Below the pieces are notes generated by a model. It saw nothing but the letters and a program-made list of their open reading frames with translations. It was not told where the DNA came from and did not search any database. A stretch of DNA of 63,712 bases, the filler included, from Choristocarpus tenellus KU-1152 (taxonomy: Eukaryota > Protista > Phaeophyceae), in the NCBI GenBank assembly GCA_964200185.2. It is 11 parts of 11 records of this genome, joined end to end, with 100 filler letters (N's around TTAATTAATTAA, not from the genome) between each part and the next. Parts side by side here need not be neighbours in the genome. Positions count along the whole stretch, not along the records: positions 5,481 to 12,673 come from CAXNAD020006560.1; positions 12,774 to 16,930 come from CAXNAD020015928.1; positions 17,031 to 20,303 come from CAXNAD020021122.1; positions 20,404 to 30,760 come from CAXNAD020002974.1; 7 more parts are not named here. One strand, given 5' to 3'. The position numbers and the translations under genes were made by a program. Below, piece by piece: positions 11,281-24,000 of this stretch (the first letter of the stretch is position 1; every line of letters starts with the position of its first letter).

Positions 11281-13139
11281 GTTCATGTTGCTGTGTAAGT
11301 CACGTGCGTGTGTGCTCACAGAAAGTCTGCAAAAGACGTAAAAAAGACGTGCGGAAATCTTGGGGGGGGGTTCGGTATCGCCACACCAGCCAAACTTGGG
11401 CAGCGACATACCTCGATACTGAAGGTCTGCAACCTGATATATTAACACAAAAGTGAAAGCATGAACAAACAAACGTCTACCACCCACTCCTCTTAAATGC
11501 AGAGCACCTCCTGGTATGTCACGAAGCTTTGCCTTGCAGAGTGTGGGATGAGTATTTATATATATATTGAAGGGAAACTGCAGGAATGCAAGTGGCCCTG
11601 TCAAATGTGATTCATGTTTGCTATTGTCATCATCTACCCAAGGGATTCTTACATTGGGAAATGAAACACGTGAGACACAAGTTGTGGTTGTACAACACTT
11701 AATAAGTGATGTGTGCCAATAGTATGACAAAGTGGAGCAAAACCGTTTTGCTTGGAAAATGTCCTCCCCAGCTTCCAGTAAAGGTCGTGAGGAGCAAGTG
11801 ATGGCAGTTGCAACAGTGGTTGGATGCCCTACTTTTGTGGTAAGTAAAGGGTTTACAGACCTACGTTTCTGAAGTTGTGTGTGCAAGGTGGTAGTGTCTA
11901 CAACATCTGTTGCTGACCTAGACAATAAGTCCCTTGCTATCATGCTGCTATCCTTCCCAACAAACTCTGAGGAACCGAGTTTTGCAGGGCAACCCTATAT
12001 CCTTTCCCTCTTTGCATGCTTCTCAAGTGGTTTTGGGTTATCCTTCGAAGCTATAATAGGGGTGTTGGATGTTGCTGGGAGAGCTAGCTGTACAGTAAAT
12101 ACCTACACTAGCCAATCAATAGACTGATCCTCTCGATCTTCCCTGTGCTCCATTTCTTGTTTAGTTTTGCAAGTTCAATGATAGTCGGTACTTTGTGCTG
12201 CTAGTACTACAACAGGTCTCCACCTTGCAGCTTATGCACTATCAACTCTGGCACTCCTCATAGTCACTCACGGGTCTCCGTTCTTCTTTCTTAACCACAG
12301 CATGAGGTTGGCCCTCACTGATGCTCCTTGGACATTGGTGTACAGTGACTTGTGCGACAGCTAGTTGGGGGCTCAGATCCAAGAATGTTGAAAGCCAGTG
12401 GCTATGGGATGCTTTAGATTGTCCATTCGAAATACTAAACGACAAAACCTACTCATATGACCCTCAGTCGAGGTCGGGATGGCTGAAGGCTGTCATACTG
12501 CAATATCTACCAGGATAGCAAGAGTTACATAACTTTCGGGTGAGGCACACAACACTACAAGAATAATAAGGTGAATTGCGCCAAGACTTAGTGCACAAAG
12601 TTGCATGAGATAGGCGATAATGGCAAGGATCTCAGTTGCATTAAACTCCTGACCCAAAGTATCTGGGAGGGGGNNNNNNNNNNNNNNNNNNNNNNNNNNN
12701 NNNNNNNNNNNNNNNNNTTAATTAATTAANNNNNNNNNNNNNNNNNNNNNNNNNNNNNNNNNNNNNNNNNNNNCATGAAAAAATTGACCCCAAATGGACA
12801 GCCGCCACCCCCCTCCCCAGATACTTTGACCCGTAAGCAGTCAATTGGATCGCTATCAATCAATCAAAAATGATCCCACTAAGTGCTGGGACAACCATTT
12901 GCTTAAAACACCAGCCCCTACAAGATGCACCAGACTGTCGCATCAAGGGCAAGAATTACCAAGTCAGTGAAGAAGATGGAAACAATAATGTCTCCACATC
13001 TTTGGAAGTTTGAACAATATGTGGAAGATCAAGATGGGGCCACCCCCAAAACTGCTCACACAGCGAACCCCAGTGACTCTTTAGAAGCACGTCTGAATCT
13101 ATTTGCATACGAACACCCCCAGAATCATGCGTTTCTATA

Positions 13140-14423
13140 CTTTGCATCAATGGATCACCAGCAGCAATGGAGCAACGAGCCTCTCCCACCACTGTTGCCC
13201 TATCTGTATGCTGAACCCATCCAAAGCACCCCAGCTCATCTGCTGCCTCCTGTACTGCCTAAGCCCCTCCCATCACGAGAGAGAAGGATTGAAATAAATT
13301 AATAAATGGACACATAGCATTTAGATCAGCCTATGTATTGGGAAGGTAAACGCTGAACGGAAAAATGGGAACATCGCAGCAAGTGGGAAAAAAAGAGTAA
13401 AGTGTATGAAGGATTGAGAATCATCATGTATGGGCAGTTTCCTTCCACGAAACAGAGTACTTCAGAGATCAGGGTCTCAGTGAGACTGCATAAGGTAATA
13501 AAGTAGAGTTTCGGTCAGTTAAATCAGCAGGGCGGGATCATGGGAGAAGAAACTGATGACAATACCTATCGAAGTGTGTATACCGTCAGCGGAAAATAGC
13601 ATAACGACATGCCGCGCTATCAGACTCGATTTCTCGATCTCAAAAGTTCGGTATCATGACTACAAAATACGAGATCTAGTTCTATCTTCACAACTGTGGA
13701 GTCACTAAGAAGAAATCCCGCCTCAGTAGTATTGTAGGGAAACCGTCTGCCAAGGGATCTCATTTTCGACTTACTCGTATTTGTAGAAAAGATTGTTTTG
13801 TGGAAGATACTGCTGTATTCAACTGGGCAAGGAGAATTCTTCAACCAATGACTTGAGCCTGTTGGTGGCATGACAACTTCTAGTTGCTTTGAATGCATCG
13901 CCTGTGTGCAACTCAACAGCGTTCACCTTCCTGTACCCTACACCCTGCACGTCACCAGATACCTCAAAGCGAAAGCCGTAGAATCGATCCTAAGTTGAAG
14001 GGTTGATGATATATGTGACAGAGGGACAAGGGAGGGTCAAGATGGTAAAATGCTGAGGAAGGAGCACAGTTTTTTTGAGCGAGGACCATTCCCAGTGTGT
14101 GTAGGTTGATGGCAATGACAATCAACATAACCTTGGACGATTTCGAGCCAATTTTCCTCTTTAACTACCTTATTCCCTATTACATCGACCTAGTATTAAT
14201 TCTATTCCCAACATTCAACTATGATATCATTGAAGAAGAATGTGGAGTTTGGGGGATCCAACTCCAAGAGAAACGTTAATTCATGTGTTGACACCTCCAT
14301 CCGCCACCCAGACGGAATATTGAAATCTTTGTCCAGGACAGATTGGGTCATGTGAGCAAGGAAGAGGAAGGCGGCAGTCCATAGTGCAGATCCCCTTGCA
14401 ACAAACTTCATTGGGGTCCTCAT
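13140..14423 (-). CDS. Acylphosphatase-family protein with N-terminal signal-peptide-like segment, partial. Exons 14423(or 14411)-14295, 13989-13927, 13258-~13140
   Basis: Phase-0 GT-AG splicing gives MRTPMKFVARGSALWTAAFLFLAHMTQSVLDKDFNIPSGWRME/DRFYGFRFEVSGDVQGVGYRK/AVQEAADELGCFGWVQHTDRATVVGEARC, containing the FxVxGxVQGVGxR and GWV signatures. The exon 3 donor is uncertain. Confidence 0.85.
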
Positions 14424-14805
14424 GTTCACTGACTTATGTCCAAATCTTTCTACTAACTGTTTCAAGTATGTGAGAGGAGGAGAGGGGATTGTTTAGTTGA
14501 TGGGGGGGAAGACTCTTCAAATGTTCTAAATCAAAATATACTCTTCGTATTTCGTTCAAATCTTCAAATTTACTAACAAGGTTCTTTGGCGTTTCATCAC
14601 AACTACTTTATTACTCCATTGGATTGGTATATTCTATATTCTTCCTACTAAGTGTTCATGTACACACCACAAAACAAGCAAGAGAAGTGATATTCCCAAC
14701 CCATCACCATAGAAATTGTAAGTTGCTTCTCTCGTGGGTGGGAGAAGAGGTCTAAACCTTTGCCCAAGCACCGTGCTGAGATAATCGCTGGGGACAACGC
14801 TAATC

Positions 14806-15565
14806 ATGGCGGATCGCAGCTCATGTGTTTTCTTGGCCAAGCTGGCTGAACAGGCTGAAAGGCGAGTAGAATAGGAATAGAACTGAGTGAGTGCTGGAAA
14901 ATGCCGTGCATTATCTATATCCTCACTAGTTGCAGACTCGTTTGGAAATTGTATGCGCCATACCGAGTTATGCCGAACTAATGCTGCTGAGATACATTTG
15001 AGGAACGGTGTAAGCAATTGGCACACCTGTGACCCTCTCATAAGGAATCGACTATGCAAGGTATCGTTGCTAGGAAATGTCACCGAGCTATTATTAGATT
15101 CTATCCTAGAGTCATATCGTCTCGTCTTCCAGCAAACCTGACGGAACAATGCTCCAACCAAACCATCAGAGCATGCTTGCGTTGTTTGAATTTTGGTCGT
15201 TGGTGTAGTACGTGGTACTTTCTTTGTACATGCTGCAATTGAGATTCTAGCAAAGCTTTGTAAGGAAGAGGTCATACGTTTGTCAATTGAACTTCTTGCG
15301 GTAGCTACCCATTTCGGTGAATCGGATTATTCTGTTCCGAGTAAAAGCAGTAGGGGACCTGGTCATTATTCATAGACATGACGTTGAAGTTCACATCGCC
15401 TCCTTCAGATTTGATGAAATGGTCGAGCGCATGAAGGAGGTGGCCGTTCTCCCTCAGGAATTGAGCGTGGAGGAACGTAACCTTCTTTCTGTCGCCTACA
15501 AGAACGTGATTGGGTCCCGTCGCGCAAGTTGGCGGGTCATCAGCTCCATCGAGCAGAAGGGGGAG
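14806..15565 (+). CDS. 14-3-3 protein, first two coding exons (14806-14861, 15409-15565); the rest was not found before the gap
   Basis: [71 protein letters not shown] contains the [11 protein letters not shown] signature. Intron 1 is GC-AG; exon 2 donor is GTAAGT. Confidence 0.96.
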
Positions 15566-16464
15566 GTAAGTCAGTCACCCCTCCCTCTTCCTGTCTACCT
15601 GCATGTACGACGTCCCTACTTTCCCCTCTCCCCACCGCTGTCGCATTTTTCATGAAGAACAAGGGAGATCAGGAGTGTGAAACTATTTTCATGCGAAATA
15701 ACATGTCCTTGTCGATTGTCGTTAGTTGTGCCTCAATTCTGACAACCTACCGTCGAGATACGATGAAACGTTCAACCACGAGACACGAGAGTTTGGCTCA
15801 TGTCAAAGGGGAGAGTCTTACGTCCTGCAAACTATCTAGATGTTCAGATGTTTTCTTGGTAGAACACTTGTCAGCAGCAGCAGTAATAGGAATTTGTGCC
15901 GTGAATTCTTGCTGTCATTGCTTAGTTGGGAGTATTTTTAGAAGCGCATAGGTTTTTCTTCGCTGTGCGCCCTTGAGCTGAACAATAATGAGCTTCATAT
16001 CGATTCCCATCCACGGTGTTGGATCCTGGAGGGAGAACATGACTTTGTCTATGTCAAACAAGGTGGTGATGAAACAATCAGTGGTTGCTGCCCCTTGTGT
16101 GGTAGGGAGGTGATGTGTTTGTGCCTGACTGGTCATTATTGTTGTAGGAAGGCTCTAGCTGAGAATGCTGATGAAGTGTTTTATTGAGAAAAAATGGCTA
16201 ATAATCCTCGCTTTGTTGATGCTGCATTTTTTTTAGTCTAAATGAGAACCTGCAGTTTATGTTGGATGTTACATCAAGTGGCTTACAGGTCATGTGGCAG
16301 GGAATGCTGTGTAATTTCTTTATAAGATGTTCCCCCACCTCTCTCCAGCTCCCCTTCCCTTCTTTGTATCAACTGTGGCAAAGGTATCCTGTTCAATTGA
16401 AATAAAATGGAATGTAATTGAAGGGAAGCAGCAACTTGCTCCCATTCTCCCCCCTGCCCGCCCG

Positions 16465-16495
<31 letters not shown>

Positions 16496-17617
16496 CCCCT
16501 ATCATTGTCCCTTTCATCGAATGATCTAGGTTAGCTCTACCTTAGTGAAATTTGTTGGAAGAGTCACGGTGATACAAGGAACAACGTACACGAACTTCAT
16601 CCCTTTTCCCAAACCCTGGCATGTTTTTAATGAACTTGAACTCTCATACCCAGAATGCAGTGAAGGGTCACAGAGCTTTCTGGTTATATTCTATGAAATG
16701 AGCAGGAGGAGACCAAATTTCACTCCACATCGCTATGCATAGCCCTACCCCTAGCCCCAACCGAGGGAGGAAAAAGAGACTTATCATTGATCGTTTTTTT
16801 GAATGGAAGCAGTTCTAGACTCCCCTCAGGGCTAGTGCTGGAGTTCACACCCCTTGCCCTAACCCCCCCCCCCCCAAACAGACCAAATAGGGATCCCATA
16901 TGTTTTTTTTTTACAACAACCTCCCCACAGNNNNNNNNNNNNNNNNNNNNNNNNNNNNNNNNNNNNNNNNNNNNTTAATTAATTAANNNNNNNNNNNNNN
17001 NNNNNNNNNNNNNNNNNNNNNNNNNNNNNNGGTCTTATGTGCTGGGTGGATTGTGTTATATTGTCCCTCGCGGGACGGACCTCACTTGGCTTTAGTGTAA
17101 TGTCAAGGAAATCCAGCCAGAGTGTTGCAAGCAACACTTGATCTAGCAGTTTCAAAAACAGGTGTGAAATTTGATCTCCATTGGAGATCATCTAGTTTTC
17201 ACACTAGATAGAACAGATACTACACATGATCTTAGCCAAAAGGCCGAGAAGGTATGGTTTTAGATAGGGCGTATAGAGTGTATATAAGTAAAGTGATAGT
17301 ATACCCACATAAACTTCGAAAATATAGACCAAGAAAACAAAATAGTAGCACAACAGTATTTTTCTTCTTGTTTATTATAAGAGTATAATATGATGACACC
17401 ATGTCCCGAAGTTCGACCTCCTGCGATCCTACCCAACAATGCAACACCCCCCAAAAATCAAATTTCGACCGTGCGCACTGCACGGACAGGGTGCAAGTAA
17501 GTGGACACTATTCTGCTACTAGTCATCCCGCAACTATCATCGGAAAAAAAATGAAAATCTGAGTGAGGGGGGTGATTAGACCTCCCTGCACGACAACAAT
17601 GAAGTAGTAGCACCACT

Positions 17618-17869
17618 GAGTCAGAGTAAACGAGAGGTACCCAGGGTTGCATTTTAAGGGTCCTGACAAATAAGCGCAAATTCGACTTTATGTCCAAATG
17701 TGTTCCGAAATTTTTGGAATCCTGTCGAAAATTTAAAACAAAGAAATCGACCCTCTGAAGTCAATTGAAGTATTTCATCCATAAAATTAAGGGTGAATTC
17801 TAGGAGATGAAAAAGTGGCGGAAAGTGCAGAATGACCAAAACCTCGGTGCCTCTCATTTACCTTGACTC
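17618..17869 (+). mobile_element. MITE family C (TIR G-N4-AAAGTAAACGAGAGGTACCC), 3-bp flanks ACT/ACT
   Basis: Inverted termini; homologous to 21731-~21950 and 55616-55870. Confidence 0.8.
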
Positions 17870-19861
17870 ACTGTACGTACATTACTATTTCGAAGTGAAG
17901 CAGATCATTAGTAATTGGCAATATTAATAGGATGCTTGATTACTACCAGCAGTCAGGTAGGCGTTAGCTACAACTTTTCTTATGACGAAGAAGATGATAA
18001 TGATAGTATGCTCACCACCTGACCCCGCCGCCTATGCTCTTATTATTATTATGTTTCAGTGTACAAGCTGTATACAATTAAAATAATGCAACACCACAAC
18101 ATAAAATACATACACAATACCATGTACTACTTCATACTTGACATGCAGTAGATGTAATATACCTACATAACCATAATAATACAGTTGTACAGCCCTAGGA
18201 GAAGGGGCACACCATCTATCCACCTGTTGCCTGGGAGACCCTCCCTTGTAGTCCTTATAATAATTTTACCACAATGTACAACAATAAACCCTTTCTTGTA
18301 TCCGTGTGAAAAAATCCGCCCAGTTGTATCCAGCTAGATTATGTTGTAGATACATACCAAAAAACATTATATGGCTACTGCTTTTACCTGATACATGCAA
18401 ATACACACCCCAAGTTGCGCTCTGAGGCCATACTAATGATGTACGTACGTAAGAGGTCACAAAAAAGGTATACCGCCCAAGAGAGATCTAACAAGGAAAT
18501 CCCACAACAATGAAGGGCATAGCGCTCAGAGTCTACTTAAGGACTGCAATAAATCATTAACTCTGAAATAATATTACTAGTAGTATTTGTCCAGCATACT
18601 AATTGCAACCCCCTCCACGGATGTCTGTGATGACAGTGAGTTAATTTCTGAGTACACAATATAGGGAACCTTCCAAAGGAGTGTTGTAGAAGATTGCCAC
18701 ATCCTAACTAGGAAGATGGCGTTGAGTATTCAGGGCCTCTGTGATTGCCTTCTGATATATGTGCCTCTAGGATTCTAAAGGGCTATCTCAAGCTTCTGTG
18801 GACAAAATGTTCGCCTCCTCTGTAATAGTCATAGTCTCCCTAGGGAGGAGCAATTGCATTTCAGGCAGGGGAATGGGGTGTCAAGCTGGAGATTTATGAA
18901 GCCCTGAATACTCAAAAGGATCAAAATAGACCTCCCAATAAGATAGGATGACTCAGAATCCCAAATAATACAGTATGAAAAGCACCGACATTCACACAGT
19001 GAGTGTCAACAGTACGTGGCTGATAGCTTGAGATGCCATAGGAGAAATCAAGGGAAGGATGTATCCAATCCTCAACCTGTGGGTCGTCTAAAGCCTACCA
19101 TGATGGATACCATCCATATTCTGCTCAACCTTCTCGGCCCCTGTCAAAAACGGCGACACCTGATCTACTCAATATCAATTTGATGCATTAAAAAATATAT
19201 AATATACAAAAAAGAAAGTTGGAAAGAAAAAAGAAAAAGAAGAGTGAAGTAGGAGGGATGCACATCATCAGCTCATGCCGGCGTAACAAAATAGATGAGA
19301 GCTCTTTTCGATTCAGTTCATACTCTCAAGGAACAAAAAACTGTAGGCCTTTCATCCACCAGGGCCTCCTCCATCACACGCACATAGCAGAAGGGTAATT
19401 TTCTATTCAAGGCACGATAGGATCATCGCAAGTATCAACACCACCTCATCAGGAACAGACGTAGAGGACCCACGAGGAAGAACCAAGCATACAGTATTAA
19501 GGCACCACCAGAAAAAGACATAAGAGTAAGAGACCACAAAAACTATCAAAAGACGATCCCAGTCCATGGGCTGGTAGATTCCACTAAGAACAGGTGGATA
19601 CAGTAGTATAGGCTGACAAAAAGAACCAGGCAGGCGGTGATCGCAGTCACCTCACAGTAGTACCAGCATTAAACAAAAATATTAATATATCAAACTGATG
19701 CTGAGACCCCTGACATGCAATGGAAGGCCAACCGGTCCGGCATTGGGGCCTTGCAAACGAGGGCAGAGTAGAGGTCCAAAATGGAAAATACAGCACGTAA
19801 CTGCCATCTATCTCACTACTTCTCCATGCTCCGTTCATCTCTAGTCCCTGAACTCCCTTGG

Positions 19862-20041
19862 TCATCCCGAGACGAGAAATTTCTTGTGGGCCATGGGGCG
19901 GAGGACTCTGAAGCTGCAGACTAGATTCTCATTGACACACATCATCGCCCCAGCATTGTCAAACTCCCCACAGTAGTTGGGGGCAGAGAAGAGGGTCACC
20001 AGCTGCCGGTTAGCCTGAAATTCGTAGCCGTCCTCCACCAC
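19862..20041 (-). CDS. PP1: Ser/Thr protein phosphatase PP1 catalytic subunit, last coding exon
   Basis: [59 protein letters not shown] (60 codons) carries the [11 protein letters not shown]1 signature; AG acceptor at 20043-20042. Confidence 0.95.
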   Translation of the reverse strand: MVEDGYEFQANRQLVTLFSAPNYCGEFDNAGAMMCVNENLVCSFRVLRPMAHKKFLVSG

Positions 20042-20060
20042 CTTTTTTCAAAAATATAAA

Positions 20061-20087
20061 ATTATTATTATTATTATTATATTATTA
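20061..20087. repeat. (ATT)n microsatellite in the PP1 intron
   Basis: Read directly. Confidence 0.9.
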
Positions 20088-21730
20088 AATGTCAAGCTTG
20101 TAAGACAGGCCAAGAAAGTGCAAAAAAAGGATTAAAAACAATATATATAGTAACAAATGAATGTTACTACTACCACCACTACTACTACTAGTAATAATAA
20201 TAATAATCCATGTTACGATTGAGGGAACAGAGGAAGCCTTGCACAGAAAACGCCTCCCTACCGGGCAGACATTTCACACGGAAGATCCCACTGCCCTAAC
20301 CCTNNNNNNNNNNNNNNNNNNNNNNNNNNNNNNNNNNNNNNNNNNNNTTAATTAATTAANNNNNNNNNNNNNNNNNNNNNNNNNNNNNNNNNNNNNNNNN
20401 NNNTACGTTGAATCGATAATGTAAATGCACTTTTCCTGATTTTGACCCAAATGGATAACCTGGTGTAGACCCCCCCCCCCCCCCCCCCCCCCAGATACTT
20501 TGGGTCCAGTTTGTAGTCAACAACCATATGTGGACCAATCTTGGACGGTGGAGGCTGTCCACCTAGCAGCTGGAGTGGGATTCGAAAAGATATCCCTCAT
20601 TGTGAAAGCTTGGAAAGAGGAAGGGGAGAGTTTTTGCACCTCTGGGGCTGGGAGGGCGACTGCTCAAGTGGACTCCGGTAAAAGGTGCAAGATCCTTATA
20701 TCACAGATCAACGAGATGGGCCTCTCCATCTTTACACATCATTCTTTGGGAAATCTGTTCTTCCGCCAGGATTTGATAACCTGGGTAATGACAAAGTTTG
20801 AGGTGAAGCTCTAATTGAGGCGTCTTCAGTACCAGTCATCCCGCAGCAGTTGGGCCGTGTGTGGAGAAGGGGTCCAATCAAGATCCCACCTCTGATGGAG
20901 GAGAGGAAAGGAGGTGTTTGCAGGTTCCTGGTTGATTGCTTGGGTGTCCTTAATGAGGAAGTTGCAATGTGAAGAATGATTGCCCAAGGAAGAGATAGAT
21001 AAGGCTGGGGTCGTACGGTGGCCCTACTTGGTCTTTTTCTCTACAGTTTGACTACTTGGTTGCTTGCCTGATCTTGAGTCGCTATTCTCTTCCTGGTGCA
21101 CTAGACAGAGTTTTTCTCCTTTGCTGGAGTTTTATTTTATTTTATTCCTCGTGTGGTAGTGATGGATGGACTGAGACAAGGCAATGGACTCTTCTTTTTC
21201 CTCCCTTTTTTGGGTGACTTTGCCTGTATGACCTTGGTGATGTTGATGTGTCCAGGTAGATGACTTTCAAGTCTTCGAATTTTTATTTTGCTGCAGAGTG
21301 TTTCCTTTGGTTTTCTTTCTCTGCCCTTCTGCCCTCTTTCTCTTCTCATGCATATTATTATATCATAATTATGTATACCTCTAGAGTCCATTTTAACCAC
21401 CACTACCCTGGGACCTCTTGGATGTGACGGAACAATACAAAATAATAGTAGAAAAGATGCTCAAACACTTGGCAGGTGTTACAACAAAGGAAAACGAACA
21501 TCAGGAGTGGTTGGACCTATGGTCAGAAAGCAGAATCAAGATTGCAAAACTTTTTGCTCAAGAGTGGTCACCTTCAAAAGACTTCTCTCCGAAATAGAAA
21601 GTGAACAGACTAAAGGTCCCCTAGGAGACTTTTCCCTACAAGCCAATGTTCATACTGCTATGGCTCCAGCCTAGCCCTCTGACGGTTGGTGAGGAAGGAG
21701 GGAAGAAAACCAAGATATTGTAATACTAAT

Positions 21731-21950
21731 GATCCAAAGTAAACGAGAGGTACCCAGAGTTGCATTTTGAATATGCTGACAAATCTGTTCAAAATTCGGC
21801 TTTTTTTTACAAATGCATATAGGATATTTTCTTTATCGTGTCGAAAAGTTTCAAAAGTAGAGAAATCAACCCTCTCAAGTCAAAATCTTAGCGCTTCATC
21901 CATAGATATACGAGTGAATCGCAAAAGAATGCAAAACGGGCCACTTCTTT
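21731..21950 (+). mobile_element. MITE family C, truncated copy
   Basis: Begins GATCCAAAGTAAACGAGAGGTACCCAGAGTTGCATTTT; no clear right TIR. Confidence 0.7.
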
Positions 21951-23271
21951 CTGGTTAAAGCATTGACAAGAATCAACACACAAGAAATGCAACGATATTG
22001 GGGAAAGAATAGAGAGGAATCATATAGACGAGTAGAAAAATGCACGAATGATAGATGAAAGGAAGAAATATTCTCAAATATATTCAATGTTCTAGGAAAC
22101 AGAGAAGGTTCACCAATCTGTTCTCGCCTCCCCCTCCCCCTTCCAAAAATAGATAATAGTATCAGGTCCAGCATAAAGGGCATACATAAATATACATTTG
22201 CATCAACTCACACTTACACTTCATAAAAACATCCCACAGATTATTTTAGCCACCCAAGCTTAGACGGGGGTGTAACTGAGCATTCAGGGTTCCTGTGACT
22301 GCCCTGTGGTACATGTGCTTCTCTTCTATAACTTTGGAGGGCAATTTCGAGCTGGAATATGTTGATGAACCTTAGTCTCCTCTTTGATAGCCACAGCCTC
22401 CAAAGGGTGGTCAGCTGCAATTCAGGCATGGGATTTGTGTGTCAGGTAGAAGATCCCAAATTCTCACGAGGGCCAGGATAGACTCTCTTCTCCAAGGTAG
22501 GATCTTATGCCATTACTTAGTGTTTTTTGTCTATCTTCTCAAATGGCTAATATACCAGAAGATACTTAAAGAGGTCACAATTGCCCTGTGGATTATCATA
22601 CTCAACAAAATATGGTTAAGTAGCGCTGCTCTATCTTGAACAGACACCCTGCCACGCCAGAGTGTGCTCACTCAACAGTGATTTAAACTCTGCCTTTGAC
22701 ATAACGACCTTTCTTCAGTCCAAATGCAAGAAGCACTGGATCTCGTAGTTCAAGATACTTGATTTCATTCGGTGTTTTCCCTTCATACGTTCGAATTATT
22801 TGGAACTTTCGGGATCGCTGAATCAAATTTCCCTTTTTAAGTAGAGCTGAGCACCAGACCTATTGATCAAGCACGTTATAGAGCCAACCCGCAAGAAAGA
22901 ATTATTGATAAAGGTGTGTTGAAGGCTCGCAAAATCAAGGAATTATTGAGGCCCGCCCAAGCCCTTGGGGCCGATCGTCACCATCATTGCGGACAGAGCA
23001 TATGGAACTCCCAGATATAGTGTTGGTTAGCAAAAAACATAAACAACCGCATCAAAAAATACACTCGGCTTATGTTTAGCTGAGGAGCAGTTTTGTTCCA
23101 TTGGTGCAGGGAATTTCATATCCATTGCAGACATCCAACTAGCATACCATGAGACCCTTGCTGCTGAAGTAGATGTTGACGTCCTCTTTTGACTTAGCAA
23201 TGCTCCATTTATTTTGCAATGCATAATGGCTCAGGCTCTGCCTAATTTTGGCATGGGCTTTTGATCTTCTT

Positions 23272-23462
23272 GGCTCAAAGTATCTGGGGGGGGGTGGGGG
23301 TGGGGGTGGCGGCTGTCCATTTGGGGCCAATTTTTCATGTCGTGATTTTTGGGTGATTTAACTCCATATGTTGGATGGATAATGGAAGTGCACTTTCCTG
23401 GTTATGGGTCAAATTGACACCCTGGTGTAGACCCCTCCCCCCCCCCCCAGATACTTTGGATC
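23272..23462. mobile_element. MITE family B (~170-190 bp, TIR GGCTCAAAGTATCTG followed by a poly-G tract), TSD TCTT
   Basis: Both TIRs, TCTT on each side. Other whole or partial copies at 12651, 12774-12832, 20404-20506, 32006-32178, 38589, 38716, 49307-49393, 55216, 55415-55521, 56384, 59479. Confidence 0.9.
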
Positions 23463-23737
23463 TCTTTGCTGTATGGATGATCGCGTTCTTTGTTCTGTGA
23501 AAAAGGCACAGAATGTGGGTTTACGTTGAGAAATAAAAAAAATGCCCTTTGAAACCTTCCGAATCAAAGTTTGGGCATGGAGAAGTTGAATAACTTGGAT
23601 ACATGTTGTGAGTGGTGTACTATGTATTGGTGAAGTTTGCTTTAAAGCCATCATCGATCTACCAACACCTCAAACAATCAAAGACATTATTCTTTCAGTC
23701 CGTTGCTATGTCCAATTTCTGTTGAAAATTTATTCCA

Positions 23738-24000
23738 GAATGAAAGTATGTATCTTGAAGGGTGCGAGTTTTGCCCAGTTTGTCCATTTTGGGGCTTGGC
23801 TTCCCATATTTTTTTAAATGACATTTTCCTACTCCAAAATATTTCGGAGTGGGTAAATATATGCGTTATGAAATGGTGTGTCCAGAATATGGATATTGAC
23901 ACTTCCTAGCAAACACGATAGCCAAAACTACACCAAAATCGCAATATTGGATATAGGCCCCCAAATGGACGCGACTCTATCCTCTAAGATACTTTGGCTC
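23738..24000 (+). mobile_element. MITE family A, TSD TCCA
   Basis: Colinear with 32-290; TCCA at 23734-23737 and 24001-24004. Confidence 0.88.

Noticed and set aside
11200-11943. 247-aa ORF
   Set aside because: No motifs, and the composition is not convincingly protein-like.
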